Notes under the pieces: model-generated
What the model was told of the DNA's origin: nothing
Seen by the model: only the letters and a program-made list of their open reading frames with translations
Databases searched by the model: none
Position numbers and translations under genes: made by a program
Shown here: positions 9,782 to 24,000 of the stretch, in pieces
Position numbering within the stretch: position 1 is the first letter of the stretch
Layout of the letters: each line of letters opens with the position of its first letter
Assembly (NCBI GenBank): GCA_964619365.1
Contig: CAZUDQ010000002.1
Span: forward strand, 32,001-96,000
Origin: an uncultured archaeon
GTDB taxonomy: Archaea; Altiarchaeota; Altiarchaeia; JAFGQM01
Direction of reading: 5' to 3'
DNA: 64,000 nucleotides

Positions 9782-10507
9782 ATGGCCCACGAAGATAAGG
9801 ACCTAATCGAAAAAATCAAAGAACTGGACTATTTTATCTTTGATTTTGACGGAACATTATACCCCGGTCTTTTATTATCTGAACTCGTCTTTGATTTTTT
9901 AAAAGATTACGGCCTTAAGAATCCTAGCGAACAGTGGCGCTATGACGAGTTGGATTCAATATTCAAAAATCGTGACCTTTATTCTTTTGATGAGTTATGT
10001 AATCGCTCAGCCTTATTGCTTAAAGACGTAGAGCGCGATGAATTACTAAAAAAGCTACCTTTATTCATGGATAAGTGCTATCCCAGTAGTCTTGAACTCA
10101 TAGCCCTCCTTAGACAAATGGGTAAAAAATGTTTTTTAAGCTCCTTAACCATTAAAGAAATTGCATCGGCCGCAAAAGCCAAATATAGCTTTGACGGCTG
10201 TGTTTTTAGGGATTTGGACCAAGTCAAAGTAGATGGCAAAACTCTTTTTACAGGCAAGTACACCAAATCCAATTTGGATTTAGGTAATTATAAGATTGGA
10301 ACAATCGAGGCATTTGGACTCAAGTCCAAGAAATTTCTTATGGCAGGAAATGCTATAGAAGATAAGTGCCTACTCATAGAATCAGAAATCTCTGTAGGGG
10401 TAAATCCTCAAAAAGAACTTAAGGAGGGTATGGTCTTCGATGTCTTTTTAAGTGACCAAAAAGACCCATGGGAAACTCTGGTTGATAATCTTAAAAAAAG
10501 CCTTTAA
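9782..10507 (+). CDS. HAD-superfamily phosphatase (SerB/IB-like)
   Basis: FDFDGTL motif I, LFTGK, GNAIED motif IV variant and VGVNP. Confidence 0.75.
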   Translation: MAHEDKDLIEKIKELDYFIFDFDGTLYPGLLLSELVFDFLKDYGLKNPSEQWRYDELDSIFKNRDLYSFDELCNRSALLLKDVERDELLKKLPLFMDKCYPSSLELIALLRQMGKKCFLSSLTIKEIASAAKAKYSFDGCVFRDLDQVKVDGKTLFTGKYTKSNLDLGNYKIGTIEAFGLKSKKFLMAGNAIEDKCLLIESEISVGVNPQKELKEGMVFDVFLSDQKDPWETLVDNLKKSL

Positions 10508-11223
10508 ATATCTATTACAATACCCTTGCCTTTTTCTATGCGGAAATCAACTGGCTTTAGGTCATGGTCAGTTGCACGCATCTTTGTTATAATAAGTATC
10601 CTCTTATCAAGAGTCTCAATCTTTGAAAGGGCAATTACACCATCAACGACAAATTCTTCAACACCGTGGCGTGAATAGCCTTCTGTCCCAGATACTATTT
10701 CATCAAGAAGGAGTGATGTAAGTTCATTTTCCTGCAAGAGGTAATTAAGTTCGATTATCGCGTTTCTTACTTTGTTCTGGTCAGACTCAAGTAATACGTC
10801 AAGACTTGGAAGTGCGTCAACGACAACACGCTTTGCCCCGATGTTTCTTGCCGTCATAATAAGGTTCTGAACAAGGTGGTTAACATCAAAGTTTTCAGGT
10901 GAAAGAGTGAATTTTTCATCGGATTCAAGACCAAGGCGCACAAGGGAAGCATCGATTATTGCAATCTTGCCCTCTTTTTCAAGCTCAGTTATATCAAGAC
11001 CAAGTTCTTTTAATTCCGCACGGATGTTCTTTGGCTTTTCTTCAAGAGTGAGATATACTCCCGGTTCGCCGTTTTTTGCGCCGTGGATGAGATATGTCAT
11101 TGCAAGAATTGTTTTTCCACATCCACTGCCTCCTGCCAAAAGAACTGTGCGACCTCTGGGAATGCCGCCTTTAAGGAGCGTGTCAAGCTCTGCGATACCA
11201 GTCTCCGCTCGATTAACTGCCAT
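10504..11223 (-). CDS. Single-domain KaiC/RecA-superfamily ATPase
   Basis: TGIAELD, GGSGCGKT, TLEE, VVDAL, VEEFVVDGVI and KMR motifs. Confidence 0.9.
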   Translation of the reverse strand: MAVNRAETGIAELDTLLKGGIPRGRTVLLAGGSGCGKTILAMTYLIHGAKNGEPGVYLTLEEKPKNIRAELKELGLDITELEKEGKIAIIDASLVRLGLESDEKFTLSPENFDVNHLVQNLIMTARNIGAKRVVVDALPSLDVLLESDQNKVRNAIIELNYLLQENELTSLLLDEIVSGTEGYSRHGVEEFVVDGVIALSKIETLDKRILIITKMRATDHDLKPVDFRIEKGKGIVIDI

Positions 11224-11318
11224 TTTTGGGGTTGGTCATATTTTTAACCTCTTATATTAGTGTACGCAATATAAAAATCTTTTTATCGAAGAAACCTTCA
11301 AAGAATGCGAAAAATAAG

Positions 11319-12020
11319 ATGGATGGAGCAAAGATAGCAAAAAAAACCGCAGCAGACGCAGCATGCAAGAAAGTCACAGATGGGATGAATGTAGGACTTG
11401 GTACTGGTTCAACGGCCGAGTGGGCGATAAAACGCCTTGGGAGGATGATGCAAAGTGGCATTAAACTCACATGCGTCCCTTCTTCTATTGCAACCCAAAA
11501 GCTTGCAGAGGACTGTGGGCTTACAGTGATTCCTTTTGAAGAGTTCGTCAAAGCGCCCTTTGCTCTTGATGTCTGTATTGACGGGGCAGACAGGATAGAC
11601 CCATACTTCAGGCTGACAAAAGGGGGTGGAGGAGCTCACACCCGCGAAAAGCTTGTTGCAAAGAACGCTGAGCTTTTTTGTTGTGTTGGCGACCCTTCAA
11701 AACTCTGCGACTCCCTAATCGGGGCGTTCCCACTTCCAGTTGAAGTACAAATGGATGCTTTGGAGGACACAATTCTTGCACTTTCAGAGTATGGTGAACC
11801 CAGCCAGAGAATAAAGGGTGAAGCTGCGCTTATCACAGATAACAGCAATTACATTGTTGACCTCAAACTTTCAGAAGGAGACCCAAGCGCACTTGAGGAT
11901 GAGATTAATTCCATTCCAGGCGTTGTTGATAACGGTTTTTTTACAAAAAGACGCCCAGAACTGGTATTTATCGGCAAGAGCGACGGGTCATGTGATATCT
12001 TAGATTCTCCTGAAAAATAG
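11319..12020 (+). CDS. rpiA: Ribose-5-phosphate isomerase A
   Basis: GLGTGST, IDGAD, KGGGGAHTREK and IPGVVDNG motifs. ATG at 11319. Confidence 0.95.
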   Translation: MDGAKIAKKTAADAACKKVTDGMNVGLGTGSTAEWAIKRLGRMMQSGIKLTCVPSSIATQKLAEDCGLTVIPFEEFVKAPFALDVCIDGADRIDPYFRLTKGGGGAHTREKLVAKNAELFCCVGDPSKLCDSLIGAFPLPVEVQMDALEDTILALSEYGEPSQRIKGEAALITDNSNYIVDLKLSEGDPSALEDEINSIPGVVDNGFFTKRRPELVFIGKSDGSCDILDSPEK

Positions 12021-12081
12021 GGTTTCTAAACTAGCTTTTTTAAGGCTTCTACAGTAGTAATAAAAGGTATAATCCCTGTAA

Positions 12082-15000
12082 ATGGTCTCAAAAGTAGCAG
12101 TAGTGTTAAGCTTAGCAGTACTTATTATAGCTTTTGCATTCTCCCTTAGCATCTTAAGTCCATTTGAAGAAAGCTTCAACTCATTACAATCGCCCCAAGG
12201 CCTTGCGATAGGGAATGATGACCTATTCGAGTACTTTATTACACCCCCAGAGGCAAACGATACTGAAAACGAAACTGGTAATGGGGATGGACAAGCAGTA
12301 GAGCCAAAATCCGAGAGCGTTTTCCCGCAAATTGAGTTTGTCCCACCGACACCTGATAACGGAACAACTACAACTGACACAAATGCCAGTATAAACGTAA
12401 GCATTACTGAAGAGAATTTAGCCAATGTCAGCTTTAACTGGAGCGGAAGCGACTATTCCCTATATGATGATTCACTCGTCCTGATGATGAATTTTGACAA
12501 TATCAGCTCATTAGGCGAGAATTCAAGCTATGTTGTTGATATGAGTGAGTATGGCAATAACGGTACTGTCAATGGCTCAACCTGGACTTCAAATGGCAGG
12601 TATGGTGGAGCGTATGAATTTGATGGCAATGGTTATTTTATGAATTCAAGTTATATTGAGATTGCCGATTCAAATAGCTTAGATTTAGGAAATGAAATAA
12701 CAGTTTCTACATGGATTAAATTTTATGATTATAATTTTGGGCCATATATTATAACTAAAAGGGATTCTGGTGCTGCTGTAGATAATCATTATGGAATTTA
12801 TTTAAAAAATGAGACCGAAGGAGAAATGACCCCTAAATTTACATGCGGAAATGGGACTCATAGAAATAGTGTTTCTGCCTCTAATGGAAGATTATCCGAG
12901 TTAAATCATTGGTATCATCTTGTTGGAATAAAGGATGATGAATCAATTAGGATATATGTTGACGGTGAATTTGTTGGTTCCAACACTGAACTAAAAAATA
13001 GAAGTGGGGCTATTGTTGATAATGATACTATGGTTACTGGGTGGTCTAATGATGTTCCATTAAGACTTGGTGCATTATATTATTCAAGTCTTGGGGTAAG
13101 TAGATATGGTTTCAATGGTTCAATTGATGAAGTAAGGATCTATAACCAAAGTCTGTCTGCTAATGAAGTAAGATTATTATATGAGTCAAATCTAAAGAAA
13201 ATGGATCCTGATTCCTGGGAACTTTATGTTAACAAGACAAATTTAACTTCTGGAACATATCATTATGTGGCTACTGCTACTGATTCAAGCGGGAATAGCA
13301 ATAGTACGGAGATGAGGTTGTTGACCATTGATAATGTTGCAGATACTATTGCCCCCAATGTGTCAATTAGTTATCCTGTTGGGTATGGGGCTTATGTTAG
13401 TGTTGCATCATTTAATTATACTTCAAGTGAAGCGGGAAGCTGCTGGTATAGTTTGAATGATAGTTCTAATTCAACAGCAGTTGTTGCTAATAATAGTTTT
13501 GCTGGATTGAATTTAGAGGATGGAGATTATAATCTGACTATTTATTGTAATGATAGTTCTGGTAATGTAGGAAGTAATAATTTGAGTTTTGTTGTTGGAG
13601 ATTATTATGGTGCTGACGAAGTTAATAAGTTGTTGGCGAGTGATATTCAATTAAATGATGCTTTTGGTGCTTCTGTCTCAATTTCAGGAGATTATGCAAT
13701 TATAGGAGCCTCTAATGAAGATGAAGGAGGTAATGGTGCTGGTGCAGCCTATATTTTTAATAAAAATTCTAGTGGGACTTGGAATGAAATTCAAAAAATT
13801 CGTTCAAGTGATAATAAAGGCGGAGATACTTTTGGTACTTCTGTTTCAATTTCAGGAGATTATGCAATAGTTGGAGCATTTTATGAAGATAATTCTACTG
13901 GTTCTGTTTATGTTTTCAAGAAAAATTCTAGTGGATTGTTTGAGGAGGTAAGTGAATTAAGAGCAAGTGATGCACAAGAGGGACCTCGTTTTGGTCATTC
14001 AATTTCTCTTTCTGGTGATTGTGCAATACTTGGAGCCGTTTGGGATGATACTAATGGTAATCGTTCTGGTGCAGCTTATATATTTAAGAAAAATTCTAGT
14101 GGTGGTTTTGAGGAAGTTAATAAAATAATAGCTAGTGATGGACAAGCTTATGATTATTTTAGTAATTCAATTTCTCTTTCTGGTGATTATGCAATAGTTG
14201 GAGCATCTGGGGAAGATGCTAATGGTGCTGGTGCTGGTGCAGCTTATATATTTAAGAAAAATTCCACAGGACAATTTGAAGAAATTCAGAAGATTTTGTC
14301 AAGTGATATTGCAGGTGGTGATGCTTTTGGTAATTCAGTTTCAATTTCAGGAGATTATGCAATAGTAGGGGCTCTTACTGAAGATCCTGAATCACTTTAC
14401 AATGCTGGAGCAGCTTATATTTTTAAGAAGAATTCTAGTGGACAGTTTGAAGAAGTAGATAAAATTCAGGCAAGCGATAAAGAAACGATTGATAATTTTG
14501 GGCGGTCAGTTTCCATTAGTGGAGATTATGCAGTTGTTGGGTCTATTTATGAAGATACTGGTGGAAATAATTCTGGAGCAGCTTATATTTTTAAGAAGAA
14601 TAGTAGTAGTGGATTTGAAGAAATTCATAAAATTACTGCTAGTGATGGACAAGCTCATGATTATTTTAGTAATTCTATTTTTATTTCTGGAGAGTATGCA
14701 ATTGTTGGAGCAAGTAATGAGAATTCTTCTGGTGCTGCTTATATGTTTAGATTGAATGAGAGTGTTGCTGATACAACTGCCCCTTTGATTACATTTATCA
14801 CTGAGAATAATACCCAGATATATGCTTCAAGTATTTTGATTGAAGCTAATGTTACTGATGACAGCCAGACATATACGTTCCTGAATGATTCTTCCCTAGT
14901 TGGTTATTGGACTGCTGAGAATGGTGCTAATGACAGCTCTATATATAATAATAGTGGGAATTTTGTTAATGATACTTCAATCACTTCTTCAGGTAAGTTT

Positions 15001-18000
15001 GGAAGTGCATTCAGTTTTGATGGTAATGGTGATTATATAAATACTTCTATAGAGATTCCAGCCGAGAATTTTTCATTTTCCATGTGGTTCTATATGTTAG
15101 ATAATGCAACATCAAGAAATGCTTCTATTAATTTATTATCATCTGATGGGTTTGTGGTATATCAACATCCTGAAAATGATTTGATTTATTTTTATTCAGT
15201 TGGTGCAAGATATATTATTTGGTATCCAGAAATTAATAAGTGGCATCATTTAGCTTGTTCAATTAATTCTGCAGGGAATGCGATAGATAATTATGATGCT
15301 AATTGTTACGCTGATGGTATTTTAAGAAGCCTTAATCAGGATGGTTATTTAAATTCATCAACATATTTGAAGATTTCTTATTCTAGTGCTGCGAACCATT
15401 CTATTAATGGTTCTGTTGATGAATTTATGATTTTTAATAGGAGTTTGAGTTCAAGTGAGATTAGTGCACTATATAATGCAACTGCACAGAACTTCAATAC
15501 TACTGTTGATTTGGTTGTTGGAAATAATATAATTAATTTGGTTGCAAAAGATACTTATGCTAATGTTGTTAGTGAGCAAGTTGTTGTTGAGCGGACCCCT
15601 ACTGCATCTGAGAATGCGTTTGTTTCAACTTGGAATACTTCAGCTGTTTCAAATGTTTCAAGTAATGCATCACAAGTAATGTTGCCGTTAGAAGCTACGG
15701 GAAATTACGAGTTTACAGTTTATTGGGGAGATGGTACTGATGATTATATAACAACATATAATCAAGCAGAAGTAAATCATACTTATGCAACTGAAGGTCT
15801 TTATAATATCTCAATTGATGGAACAATTGTTGGTTGGAGATTTAATAATGTTGGAGATAAGTTGAAGATAACAGATATTTCCAATTGGGGAAGTTTGAAT
15901 GTGGGAAATAATAATGGTTATTTCTATGGTTGTGCTAATTTGGATGCAAGTGCGATTGATGCTTTGAATTTGAGTGGGACAACGATTTTGACCTCTATGT
16001 TTAGAAATAGTAGTTTTAATGGGAGTATTGGTAATTGGGATACTTCTAGTGTTACAAATACTGACTGGATGTTTTTCTACGCTAGTAATTTTAACCAAAA
16101 CATAAGTGATTGGAATACTTCTAAGGTTACAAATATGTTTTATATGTTGGGTGGTGCAAGTAGTTTTAATCAACCAGTAAATACATGGGATGTTTCTAGT
16201 GTTACTAATATGGGATATATGTTTTCTTATATGGATTCATTTAACCAAGACATAAGCAACTGGGATGTTTCTTCTGTTACTTCCATGTATCGTATGTTTC
16301 TTAATGCTGACAATTTTAATCAACCTTTAGATAATTGGGATACATCTAGTGTTACTGATATGGAAAGGATGTTTCAGAATGCAGATAGTTTCAACCAAGA
16401 TATTGGAAGTTGGGATACATCAAAGGTTACTAATATGAATTCTATGTTCTATGGTGCTTTAAACTTTAATCAGCCATTAAATAATTGGGATACTTCTAGT
16501 GTTACGTCTATGAACTATATGTTTAGAGATGGTAATTTGTTTAATCAAAATATTAGTAATTGGAATGTTTCTAATGTAGAATACATGGATTATATGTTTT
16601 ATTCTTGTCCATCTTTTGATCAAAATATTGGTAGTTGGAATGTTTCTAATGTAATAAATATGGATAATATGTTTAATGGTTCAACTCTATCTACTGAAAA
16701 CTATGATGATTTATTATCTGGTTGGTCAAATTTACATAGTTTGCAAGAAAATATTGAATTTCATGCTGGTAATTCAACTTATACAAATTCCGCAGCTAAG
16801 GCCATATTAATTGATAATTATAATTGGACTATTACTGATGGAGGATATTTGGATATAGTTGTTCCCAATATTACATTTATCACTGAGAATAATACCCAGA
16901 CATCCGCTTCAAGTATTTTGATTGAAGCTAATGTTACTGATGACAGCCAGACATATACGTTCCTGAATGATTCTTCCCTAGTTGGTTATTGGACTGCTGA
17001 GAATGGTGCTAATGACAGCTCTATATACAATAATAATGGAACATTTAATGGTAATGCTTCTGTTACAAGTTCTGGTAAGTTTGGCAGTGCATTTGAGTTT
17101 GATGGTGATGGGGATTACATTGAATCATCTGAAAATGGCTCACTAAATATTGGTAGAGATCAACTTACAATTTCTTCTTGGGTTAAATTAAATAATTTTA
17201 TAGATGGCCGTAGTTTTATTGTTGAAAGGAGATTTGAAACTGCCGACCTATACAGCTTATACGTACAGAATAATTCTGCCATTAGTTTTAATATGGAACG
17301 GGGACCTTCACCAACAGGTATTATTAGTAATCCAGATATTTTTTCACTTAACGAATGGCATCATATTTTAGGAACTTATGATGGCGCATCAATTAAAATT
17401 TATTTAGATGGTAGTCTAATTCAGGAAAATTCATCCTCTGGAAATATTGATAATAGTTCAGGAACTTTCAGAATAGGTACAAATGATGGAGCTAGATTTT
17501 GGAATGGTTCTATCGATGAAGTAATGGTTTTCAATCGTTCGTTATCTTCTTCAGAAGTTAAAGCATTATACAATGCAACTGCACAGGACTTTAATGCTAC
17601 TGTTGATTTGGTTTCCGGTAATAATTCTGTTCAGTTGGTTGCTGTTGATACTGAATATAATGTTGCTAGGGAAAGTATTAATGTTGAGAGAAATGATAGT
17701 ACTGCTCCTTCAATTACATTTATAACAGCTAATAATACCCAGACATCCGCTTCAAGTATTTTGATTGAAGCTAATGTTACTGATGACAGCCAGACATATA
17801 CGTTCCTGAATGATTCTTCATTAGTTGCTTATTGGACTGCTGAGAATGGTGCTAATGACAGCTCTATATATAATAATAGTGGAACATTTAATGGTAATGC
17901 TTCTGTTACAAGTTCTGGCAAGTTTGGAAGTGCATTTGAGTTTGATGGTGATGGGGATTATGTGGATGTTGGAAATTCACAAACATTAAATCAAGCGACT

Positions 18001-21000
18001 CTTTCCTTATGGTTTTATAGAAATTCAAGTAAAGATAATTTTCAAATGATGTATACTGGCTATTCCCTTTCAGAGTTAGAATTATCTTTCTATATAGATA
18101 CTCTAAGAGCTTATGTGAATAATAGTTATGTTTTCTATAATAATGCTTATTCATTAAATACTTGGTTTCATGCAGTTTTAACTTTTAATTCAACTAATCA
18201 AACACTTTATGTAAATGGTGTTCCAGTTGCAAGCAGAATTCCAATTGGAGTTGTGTCTGCATCTGCCAAAACTATTGGTGGAAGGAAATGGAATTATTCC
18301 TTTAATGGTTCTATTGATGAGGTTATGATTTTTAATAGGAGTTTGAGTGCTAATGAAGTTAGTGCTTTGTATAATGCAACTGCTCAAAACTTCAATACTA
18401 CTGTTGATTTGGTTTATGGTGATAATGCTGTTCAGTTAGTTGCTGTTGATACTGAGTATAATGTTGCCAGAGAAAGTATCAATATTGATAGGATAGTATA
18501 TAATATCACAAATTGTGTTGAGTTGCAGGCAATGGGTTATAATTTGTCAGGAAATTATGTGTTGGCGAATAATATTGATTGTTCTGATACTGCTAATTGG
18601 AATAGTGGTGCTGGTTTTGATCCAATCGGTGATTCGTCAAATTATTTTACAGGTGGTCTTGATGGACAAGGATATAATATAAGTTATCTTTACATAAATC
18701 GTTCTGATGTGGGTTATGGAGGACTTTTTGGATATGTTAGTTCTGGTGAGATAAATAATTTAGGTTTGATTTCGGTTAATGTTACAGGGTTTAATCAGAC
18801 AGGTGCTTTTGCTGGCTGGTTCGGGGGCTCAGTAATAAATAATTCTTATGTTACTGGGAGTGTTTTTGGAGGGGTAACTGCTGTTGGTGGATTTTTTGGA
18901 ATAATACATAGTTCAACAATTTTAAATTCTTATTCAATAGTTGATGTAAGTGGTGTTCATGATCATATAGGAGGTCTTGCAGGACAAATGATTGGTTCAG
19001 TTGTTAATAATTCTTATGTGAATGGAAACATAAAGGGGAGTAGTACATATATTGGTGGAATTGGAGGTAGTTTATGGGATGCAACAATTTCAAATTCCTA
19101 TTTTGTCGGAAATGTTACTGGAACCAATTTAGTGGGTGGTATAGTTGGGGGAATGATTGGCATTGGTAGTTCAACCAAGAACTGTTATTCTACTGGCAAT
19201 ATAACTGTTACTGGTGGAAGTGGAGTTGGAGCTATTACGGGATACTTGAATGGTGCAGGAGAGACTATCATAAATTCATACTGGTTGAATAATACTGGAG
19301 ATGATGTAGTTTCTTGTTATCCTGGAGGGAATGAGAATTGTACTGCGGTGACAAGTGAAATTTATTTCTTTTCGGTTTCGAATTCTCCTATTTCAGCATG
19401 GCAGTTCCCGCCGTGGGATTCTTTTTGTGATGGAGTAGGATACCAACCATTGGCATGGCAAAATATATCAACTGAGACAGAATGTTTGGGATATTCTACA
19501 ATAACACCACAGATTAGTTTTGTGAACCCTACTCCCGATAATGGAACAAATACTACTAATAATTCTGTTGAGATTAATGTTTCCATTACTGAAGAGAATT
19601 TAGCCAATGTCAGCTTCGACTGGGCACTAGGTCCAAGAGATGGACTTGTTCTTGATTTGAATTTTGATGATGGGAGTTTGGTTGATGAATCAGGGCAGGG
19701 GAATGATGGAGTAAATAATGGTTCTATCTATACTCCAGATGGAAAGATTATGGGTGCTAGAGAATTTGATGGTGAAAATGATTATGTTAATGCTGGAAAT
19801 GATACATCTTTAGATATAAGAGATCAAATAACTTTAGGAGCTTGGATTAAGTTAAATGAATTAACTAATAATTCAGCCGTAAACATTATTTTAAATAAAG
19901 ATTGGGCTGATTATGAAATTGGAATTGCAGCTAATTCTACTGGAGTATCAGTTTATAACTTTGCGTGGTATTTAGGTGGTGTTTCATCTGGATGGCATGA
20001 TGGTGGAGGACCAATTAATATAAATGAATGGACCTCTGTTATGTTAACGTATAATGGTGAACAAGTTAGAACTTATATTAATGGAGTATTAACTAATAGC
20101 TATGAATATAATGGAAGTATTTATTATCCTGGACTTGATTGTGATTTGAAGATAGGAGCAAGATCACGGCCAGACTCCTGTGAGGAGAGTGGAAGTTATT
20201 TCAACGGTTCTATTGATGAAGTAAAAGTATATAATCGGTCGTTAAGTTCTACTGAGATTACTGAGTTGTATCATTCTAGTAGGGCTAAATTTATGGATGA
20301 TAGTTTAGTTTTGATGATGAATTTTGACAATATCAGCTCATTAGGCGAGAATTCAAGCTATGTTGTTGACATGAGTGAGTACGGGAATGATGGCGTCGTT
20401 AATGGTTCTACTTGGACCCCAAATGGTAATTATGGCGGAGCTTATGAGTTTGATGGAGAGAATGATTATATTAACCTGACATCGGCTGTCTTGGAAACAA
20501 CTAATGATTCTCATGAGATTACTTTGCTTGCATGGATAAAACCTAATGATTATGGTGATCCTGATTCAAATCAAAGCTATATTATTAGCCAATATATATA
20601 TCCTAATAGTGACAGATTCTTATGGGGATTCGATGGTAAGAAGATAAGATATTTTGTTGGAGGAAATCAGAGTTTAGGAAATACGAATATTACATTAGGA
20701 GTTTGGCAGATGATTGCTTCAACTAAGTTATCTAATGGTACAGTCAAGCATTATTATAATGGAATATATGATGGTAAAGGTGTTGTGCAAGGAAAGTATC
20801 AAGATACAGAGACAATCATAGGTGGTGGACATGTATACGCTGGTGTTTATGCATTCAATGGTTTAATTGATGAACCAAGGATTTATAATAGAAGTCTTAG
20901 CGCAAATGAAATTCAGTTATTATACGAGTCAAATCTAAAGAAAATTGATCCTGATTCCTGGGAACTTTATGTTAATAAGACTAATTTAACCGTTGGAGAC

Positions 21001-24000
21001 TATTCTTATTCTGCAAGCGCATGTGATTCGAGCGATAATTGCAACTCAACTGAAACAAGATACCTAACTATTGAATCAGAATACGCACCTACATTCCAAG
21101 GCAATCTTGACTTAAATAACGACGGATATCTGGACATAGTTTTCTCTAACTGGAGAAATGAAACGTCTTACAACATCAATAGTACCATATACTATGGTAG
21201 CGCAACTGGATTTAGGATAAATGATACTGGTGAACTTCCTACAATGGGGGCAGTTGGTAATTCCATTGCCGACTTAAATAACGACGGATACTTAGACATA
21301 GTTTTCTCTAACTGGAAAAATGATAGCACCTATAACATAAACAGCACCATCTATTACGGAACCGTTGCAGGATTTGATGCCGATAACAAGGCTGAACTGC
21401 CCACTCACGGCGCACAAGGGAACTCCATTGCCGACCTGAACAATGATGGTTATTTAGACGTAGTTTTCTCTAATTATTTCAATGGGGTATCTTACGACAT
21501 CAACAGCACCATCTATTATGGGAGCGCAACAGGATTTGGTACCAACAACACCAAGGGCCTGCCAACAAACCACGCAATAGGAAATTCCATTGCCGACCTG
21601 AATAACGACGGATACTTTGACATAGTGTTTTCCAACTCTGGCGAGTCAAGTGTTATATATTACGGAAGCGCAACAGGATTTGATGCTGATAATAAAACAG
21701 AGTTATTAACCCATGCCGCGACTGGAAATTCCATTGCCGACCTAGATAATGACGGGTACCTGGATATTGTGTTTTCCAATAATGGCGAAGGTGGGGACCG
21801 CAACATCAACAGTACGATCTACTACGGAAGCGCTGCAGGATTTGATGCCAACAATACGAAAGGATTACTAACACACGGAGCATATACAAATTCCATTGCC
21901 GACTTAAATAACGACGGATACCTAGATATCATATTCTCAAATTATCATAATAACACAGGTCGCAACATCAACAGTACGGTGTATTATGGGGGTGTTAGCG
22001 GGTTTAACATTAACAACAAAACAGAGTTACCAACACACGGAGCAAATGGCAATTCTGTTGCTGACCTAAACAACGACGGATACTTAGACATAGTGTTTTC
22101 CAACACATATAACGATACTGATTTTAACATCAACAGCACCATCTATTACGGAAGTGTAACAGGATTTAACACCAACAATACTGGGGGCTTACCTACAATA
22201 GGTGCTTCGGGGGTTTCAGTTGTCGTCGGACAAGTAGCTTCAGCAAATACGGCATATGGGACGACGCTTGGCGCAACGCTGATTCCTGATTTTAGGTTGG
22301 CAAAGAACTCCAGTTTAAGCGATTTTATTGACCTTGACATATTCTTCAACGATAAGAATGGGGACGAACTTACGATTTTGGCATACAAAGATGGCGCACT
22401 TTACTCTGACTCAAGCGTGCAGCTGCTTATCGATAATACAACACACAAATTAAGTATAATCCCTGCCACAGATTATGCTGGGACAATAACTGGCATCTAT
22501 TTTGTCGCAAGCGATGGGCAGTACAATGTCAGCAGTAACAATGTAAGTGTGATTGTGCTAGGTAATGACACCCAGGCGCCACAAATCGACTTCGTCCCGC
22601 CGACGCCCGATAACGGGACTGTCACAGCAAATACCTCAGTACTGATAAACGTCAGCATCAACGATACAGGCCTTGCAAACGTCACATTTGACTGGAACGA
22701 CAGCGAAGAAGTCTGTTCAATATACTCCCAGGACATAAGCAATTACTCTTGCACCGATTATCATGACTCTTCTTTGGTTCTTGCTATGAACTTTGATAAT
22801 TCAAGTGACCTAACGGATTTATCGGGTCATGGAAATGACGGAATCAATAACGGAGCTACATGGACTCCTGATGGGAAGTATGGCGGAGCAAGAAGCTTTG
22901 ATGGGTTAAATGATTCCGTCTACATCGATTCTTTTGACATTGGAAATTCAATTGGAAAAACAAGTTGTGCATGGATATATCCATTATCTTTTAGAGTAAA
23001 TAGTCTAATCGGAATCATAGCAGGGCCAAGCAGTTATACTGTTAATGTCCCCTGGATGAGATTATATAATGGTTACATGTTTAATAGAATTTGGAATAGT
23101 ACTCATGCGTTTAGCAAGGAATACTCATCTATAGAAGCTCTGAAACTTAATTCTTGGTCGCATCTTTGTGTGGTTTGGCAAGGCAATGGTCCAAATCAAA
23201 ATTTAAGTATGCTTTATTACATCAATGGAGGTCTTGATAAGAACATTACTTCAAACATAAAAGATACGGATGGATATGTCGGAATGGCTTATGGGGATGT
23301 CAGAATAGGTTCTGATCCCGTATATGCTTCGAGATTTTTCAATGGTTCTATCGATGAGATTAGAATTTACAACAGGATGTTATCCTCTGATGAAATTAAC
23401 TTATTATATGAATCCAGGTTAGTAAAGTATTCTGATTGGAACCTTCTAGTAAATAAAACTAATTTATCGGTTGGCAACTATACTTATTCTGCAAGCGCTT
23501 GCGACATTTATAATAATTGCAATTCTACGGGAATTAATACTCTTGAAATAATTTCTACAAGCTTCACAGCAGGTTTTAGCGTGACCCCTTCAAGCATCTC
23601 GGAAACAGGAACTGCAATATGGAATTTAACGCTAAACAATCTTGAGACATCAAACCTCACTGTGGAAATCTCACCCTCTTGGACATCAGCATATAATACG
23701 ACTGTAAGCGTTCTTTCAAACTACTCGCGTGCGTGGAGCCAGGGCGTTTCCTGCCCGACAACATCAGTCACAAGAAGCGTCACTTTGACCGAGGGTAGCT
23801 CGTCAAAACAAAAATCAGCGATAGTATCAGTCTCCTGCCCCTCATCAACTTGCTCAAAAGACTGGTCATGCGGAGAATGGAGCGAATGTGTTGATGGGGC
23901 ACAGACGCGTGACTGTTCTTGCGCGTGCCCAAAAGACTCACAGTGCAATGGCGACCACGCAACAGAACAAGAATGCGACGCGTGCGAGGGTGTGACCTGC

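Noticed and set aside
7068-11223. Circadian kaiABC clock
   Set aside because: These are single-domain KaiC-like proteins without the ST phosphosite pair, and there is no kaiA or kaiB.
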